A stretch of 64,000 nucleotides of DNA from Eledone cirrhosa (Eukaryota): NCBI GenBank assembly GCA_964016885.1, contig OZ024758.1, positions 39,432,001-39,496,000 on the forward strand, given 5' to 3'. The notes beneath the pieces are model-generated. The model ran no database searches and was not told where the DNA came from. It worked only from the letters and a program-made list of their open reading frames with translations. Every line of letters begins with the position of its first letter. Position 1 is the stretch's first letter. Below, piece by piece: positions 59,401 to 64,000 of this stretch. A program made the translations under genes and the position numbers.

Positions 59401-62399
59401 ACCAACAGTGGAGTGACTTCTGACAGCTAATACCATGAACTTAAATGAATTCTCACCAACAGTGGAGTTACTTCTGACAGCTAATACCATGAACTTAAAT
59501 GAATTCTCACCAACAGTGGCGTTCCTTCTGACAGCTAATACCATGAACTTAAAGGAATTCTCACCAACAGTGGAGTTACTTCTGACAGCTAGTACCATGA
59601 TTTAAATGAATTCTCACCAACATTGGAGTTCCTTCTGACAGCTAATACCATGAACTTAAATGAATTCTCACCAACAGTGGAGTTCCTTCTGACAGCTAAT
59701 ACCATGAACTTAAATGAATTCTCACCAACATTGGAGTTACTTCTGACAACTAATACCATGACTTAAATGAATTCTCACCAACAGTGGAGTTACTTCTGAC
59801 AAACTAATACCATGAACTTAAATGAATTCTCACCAACAGTGGAGTTACTTCTGACAGCTAATACCATGAACTTAAATGAATTCTCACCAACATTGGAGTG
59901 ACTTCTGACAGCTAATACCATGAACTTAAATGAATTCTCACCAACATTGGGGTTACTTCTGACAGCTAGTACCATGAACTTAAATGAATTCTCACCAACA
60001 GTGGAGTGACTTCTGACAGCTAATACCATGAACCTAAATGAATTCTCACCAACATTGGAGTGACTTCTGACAGCTAATACCATGAACTTAAATGAATTCT
60101 CACCAACAGTGGAGTTACTTCTGACACCTAGTACCATGAACTTAAATGAATTCTCACCAACAGTGGAGTTACTTCTGACAGCGAATACCATGAACTTAAA
60201 TGAATTCTCACCAACAGTGGAGTTACTTCTGACAGCTAGTACCATGATTTAAATGAATTCTCACCAACATTGGAGTTCCTTCTGACAGCTAATACCATGA
60301 ACTTAAATGAATTCTCACCAACAGTGGAGTTCCTTCTGACAGCTAATACCATGAACTTAAATGAATTCTCACCAACATTGGAGTTACTTCTGACAACTAA
60401 TACCATGACTTAAATGAATTCTCACCAACAGTGGAGTTACTTCTGACAAACTAATACCATGAACTTAAATGAATACTCACCAACAGTGGAGTTACTTCTG
60501 ACAGCTAATACCATGAACTTAAATGAATTCTCACCAACATTGGAGTGACTTCTGACAGCTAATACCATGAACTTAAATGAATTCTCACCAACATTGGGGT
60601 TACTTCTGACAGCTAGTACCATGAACTTAAATGAATTCTCACCAACAGTGGAGTGACTTCTGACAGCTAATACCATGAACCTAAATGAATTCTCACCAAC
60701 ATTGGAGTGACTTCTGACAGCTAATACCATGAACTTAAATGAATTCTCACCAACAGTGGAGTTACTTCTGACACCTAGTACCATGAACTTAAATGAATTC
60801 TCACCAACAGTGGAGTTACTTCTGACAGCTAATACCATGAACTTAAATGAATTCTCAGCAACAGTGGAGTTCCTTCTGACAGCTAATACCATGAACTTAA
60901 ATGAATTCTCACCAACATTGGAGTTACTTCTGACAGCTAGTACCATGAACTTAAATGAATTCTCACCAACAGTGGAGTTACTTCTGACAGCTAATACCAT
61001 GAACTTAAATGAATTCTCACCAACAGTGGCGTTCCTTCTGACAGCTAATACCATGAACTTAAATGAATTCGCACCAACAGTGGAGTTACTTCTGACAGCT
61101 AGTACCATGACTTAAATGAATTCTCACCAACATTGGAGTTCCTTCTGACAGCTAATACCATGAACTTAAATGAATTCTCACCAACAGTGGAGTTACTTCT
61201 GTCAGCTAATACCATGAACTTAAATGAATTCTCACCAACAGTGGAGTTACTTCTGACAGCTAATACCATGAACTTAAATGAATTCTCACCAACATTGGAG
61301 TGACTTCTGACAGCTAATACCATGAACTTAAATGAATTCTCACCAACATTGGGGTTACTTCTGACAGCTAGTACCATGAACTTAAATGAATTCTCACCAA
61401 CAGTGGAGTGACTTCTGACAGCTAATACCATGAACTTAAATGAATTCTCAACAACATTGGAGTTACTTCTGACATCTAATACCATGACTTAAATGAATTA
61501 TCACCAACAGTGGAGTTACTTCTGACAGCTAATACCATGAACTTAAATGAATTCTCACCAACAGTGGAGTTACTTCTGACAGCTAATACCATGAACTTAA
61601 ATGAACTCTCACCAACATTGGAGTTACTTCTGACAGCTAGTACCATGACTTAAATGAATTCTCACCAACATTGGAGTTACTTCTGACAGCTAATACCATG
61701 ACTTAAATGAATTCTCACCAACAGTGGAGTTACTTCTGACAGCTAATACCATGAGCTTAAATGAATTCTCACCAACAGTGGAGTTACTTCTGACAGCTAG
61801 TACCATGAACTTAAATGAATTCTCACCAACATTGGAGTTACTTCTGACAACTAATACCATGACTTAAATGAATTCTCACCAACAGTGGAGTTACTTCTGA
61901 CAAACTAATACCATGAACTTAAATGAATTCTCACCAACAGTGGAGTTACTTCTGACAGCTAGTACCATGAACTTAAATGAATTCTCACCAACATTGGTGT
62001 TACTTCTGACAACTAATACCATGACTTAAATGAATTCTCACCAACAGTGGAGTTACTTCTGACAAACTAATACCATGAACTTAAATGAATTCTCACCAAC
62101 AGTGGAGTTACTTCTGACAGCTAGTACCATGAACTTAAATGAATTCTCACCAACATTGGGGTTACTTCTGACAGCTAGTACCATGAACTTAAATGAATTC
62201 TCACCAACAGTGGAGTGACTTCTGACAGCTAATACCATGAACTTAAATGAATTCTCACCAACATTGGAGTTACTTCTGACAGCTAGTACCATGAACTTAA
62301 ATGAATTCTCACCAACATTGGGGTTACTTCTGACAGCTAGTACCATGAACTTAAATGAATTCTCACCAACAGTGGAGTGACTTCTGACAGCTAATACCA

Positions 62400-64000
62400 T
62401 GAACTTAAATGAATTCTCACCAACATTGGAGTTACTTCTGACAGCTAATACCATGACTTAAATGAATTCTCACCAACAGTGGAGTTACTTCTGACAGCTA
62501 ATACCATGAACCTAAATGAATTCTCACCAACATTGGAGTTACTTCTGACAGCTAGTACCATGACTTAAATGAATTCTCACCAACATTGGAGTTACTTCTG
62601 ACAGATAATACCATGACTTAAATGAATTCTCACCAACAGTGGAGTTGCTTCTGACAGCTAATACCATGAACTTAAATGAATTCTCACCAACAGTGGAGTT
62701 ACTTCTGACAGCTAGTACCATGAACTTAAATGAATTCTCACCAACAGTGGAGTTACTTCTGACAGCTAATACCATGAACTTAAATGAATTCTCACCAACA
62801 TTGGAGTTACTTCTGACAGCTAATACCATGACTTGAATGAATTCTCACCAACATTGGAGTTACTTCTGACAGCTAGTACCATGAACTTAAATGAATTCTC
62901 ACCAGCAGTGGAGTTACTTCTGACAGCTAATACCATGAACTTAAATGAATTCTCACCAACAGTGGAGTTACTTCTGACAGCTAATACCATGAACTTAAAT
63001 GAATTCTCACCAACAGTGGAGTTACTTCTGACAGCTAATACCATGAACTTAAATAAATGAATTTTCACCAACATTGGAGTTACTTCTGACAGCTAGTACC
63101 ATGACTTAAATGAATTCTCACCAACATTGGAGTTACTTCTGACAGCTAGTACCATGATTAAATGAATTCTCACCAACTATGGAGTTACTTCTGACAGCTA
63201 ATACCATGACTTAAATGAATTCTCACCAACAGTGGAGTTACTTCTGACAGCTAATACCATGAACTTAAATGAATTCTCACCAACAGTGGAGTTACTTCTG
63301 ACAGCTAATACCATGAACTTAAATGAATTCTCACCAACAGTGGAGTTACTTCTGACAGCTAGTACCATGAACTTAAATGAATTCTCACCAACATTGGGGT
63401 TACTTCTGACAGCTAGTACCATGAACTTAAATGAATTCTCACCAACATTGGAGTTACTTCTGACAGCTAATACCATGACTTAAATGAATTCTCACCAACA
63501 GTGGAGTTACTTCTGACAGCTAATACCATGAACCTAAATGAATTCTCACCAACATTGGAGTTACTTCTGACAGCTAGTACCATGACTTAAATGAATTCTC
63601 ACCTACATTGGAGTTACTTCTGACAGATAATACCATGACTTAAATGAATTCTCACCAACAGTGGAGTTGCTTCTGACAGCTAATACCATGAACTTAAATG
63701 AATTCTCACCAACAGTGGAGTTACTTCTGACAGCTAGTACCATGAACTTAAATGAATTCTCACCAACAGTGGAGTTACTTCTGACAGCTAATACCATGAA
63801 CTTAAATGAATTCTCACCAACATTGGAGTTACTTCTGACAGCTAATACCATGACTTGAATGAATTCTCACCAACATTGGAGTTACTTCTGACAGCTAGTA
63901 CCATGAACTTAAATGAATTCTCACCAGCAGTGGAGTTACTTCTGACAGCTAATACCATGAACTTAAATGAATTCTCACCAACAGTGGAGTTACTTCTGAC
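62400..64000 (+). repeat. 1022-bp (19-monomer) tandem duplication, truncated by the window end
   Basis: GGAGTTGCTT 62641/63663, ACTTGAAT 62831/63853 and CCAGCAG 62902/63924. Confidence 0.88.

Larger units (their letters stand above)
1..64000 (+). repeat. Tandem satellite DNA array, 54-bp monomer (EcoRI site in nearly every unit), about 1,185-1,190 copies, extending beyond both window ends
   Basis: Every line of the window matches CCATGAACTTAAATGAATTCTCACCAACAGTGGAGTTACTTCTGACAGCTAATA, usually with 0-3 differences. All copies are in the same orientation. Copy number is estimated as 64000/54, adjusted for frequent 53-bp units. Consensus composition counted by hand: A19 T15 C12 G8. Confidence 0.99.
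35400..64000 (+). repeat. Satellite sub-domain D
   Basis: Private markers: GACACCTAGT (from ~36017 to ~60770), TTCTGACCAAC (~35559-54450), CACTAACATTGG followed by AATTATCA, CAATAGAG (40790, 44448, 45955, 49291, 57257, 59299) and GAACCAAAA (38077, 41735, 45071, 46578). Boundaries are approximate. Confidence 0.85.

Noticed and set aside
1-64000. CRISPR array or recombination-cassette array (constant repeat plus variable segment)
   Set aside because: There are no unique spacers. The variable positions are single-base alleles within one consensus, and no cas or recombinase genes are present.
1-64000. Programmed frameshifting or phase variation encoded by the 53/54-bp unit pattern
   Set aside because: The placement of -1 units is explained by inheritance through block duplications. 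There is no evidence of transcription or a translated product.
1-64000. Telomeric repeat, rDNA/5S/tRNA tandem array, or CENP-B box-containing satellite
   Set aside because: There is no short G-rich telomere motif and no recognisable structured RNA gene. The CENP-B box core requires two CpGs (TTCG....A..CGGG), which are absent.
1-64000. Assignment to a named satellite family or species
   Set aside because: I do not reliably recognise this monomer. Naming it would need a database search that I cannot run.

Overview
The whole 64 kb window is one uninterrupted, head-to-tail, single-orientation tandem satellite array. It is built from a 54-bp monomer (consensus CCATGAACTTAAATGAATTCTCACCAACAGTGGAGTTACTTCTGACAGCTAATA; 20/54 = 37% GC, no CpG, one EcoRI site GAATTC per unit) in about 1,185-1,190 copies, and it runs off both ends of the window. 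I see no genes, RNA genes, transposon insertions, inversions or CRISPR spacers. The ORF track is an artefact of a 54-bp (18-codon) unit that has one stop-free frame on each strand. The structure lies in the variants. A small set of recurrent alleles (CAGTGG/CATTGG, TAATA/TAGTA, GTTAC/GTGAC/GTTCC, GGAG/GGGG/GGTG/GGCG, and a 1-bp deletion ATGAACTT->ATGACTT) recurs in a conserved order. These alleles define nested higher-order duplications from 215 bp to about 12 kb, with a spacing of about 40 monomers (2153-2158 bp) recurring five times. There are four sub-domains with private marker variants, one of which is a divergent seam at about 20.4-21.9 kb. The size and architecture suggest a eukaryotic heterochromatic or centromere-type satellite (inference). 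I cannot assign the organism or a named family from the sequence alone, and I found no evidence for a novel protein-coding system.
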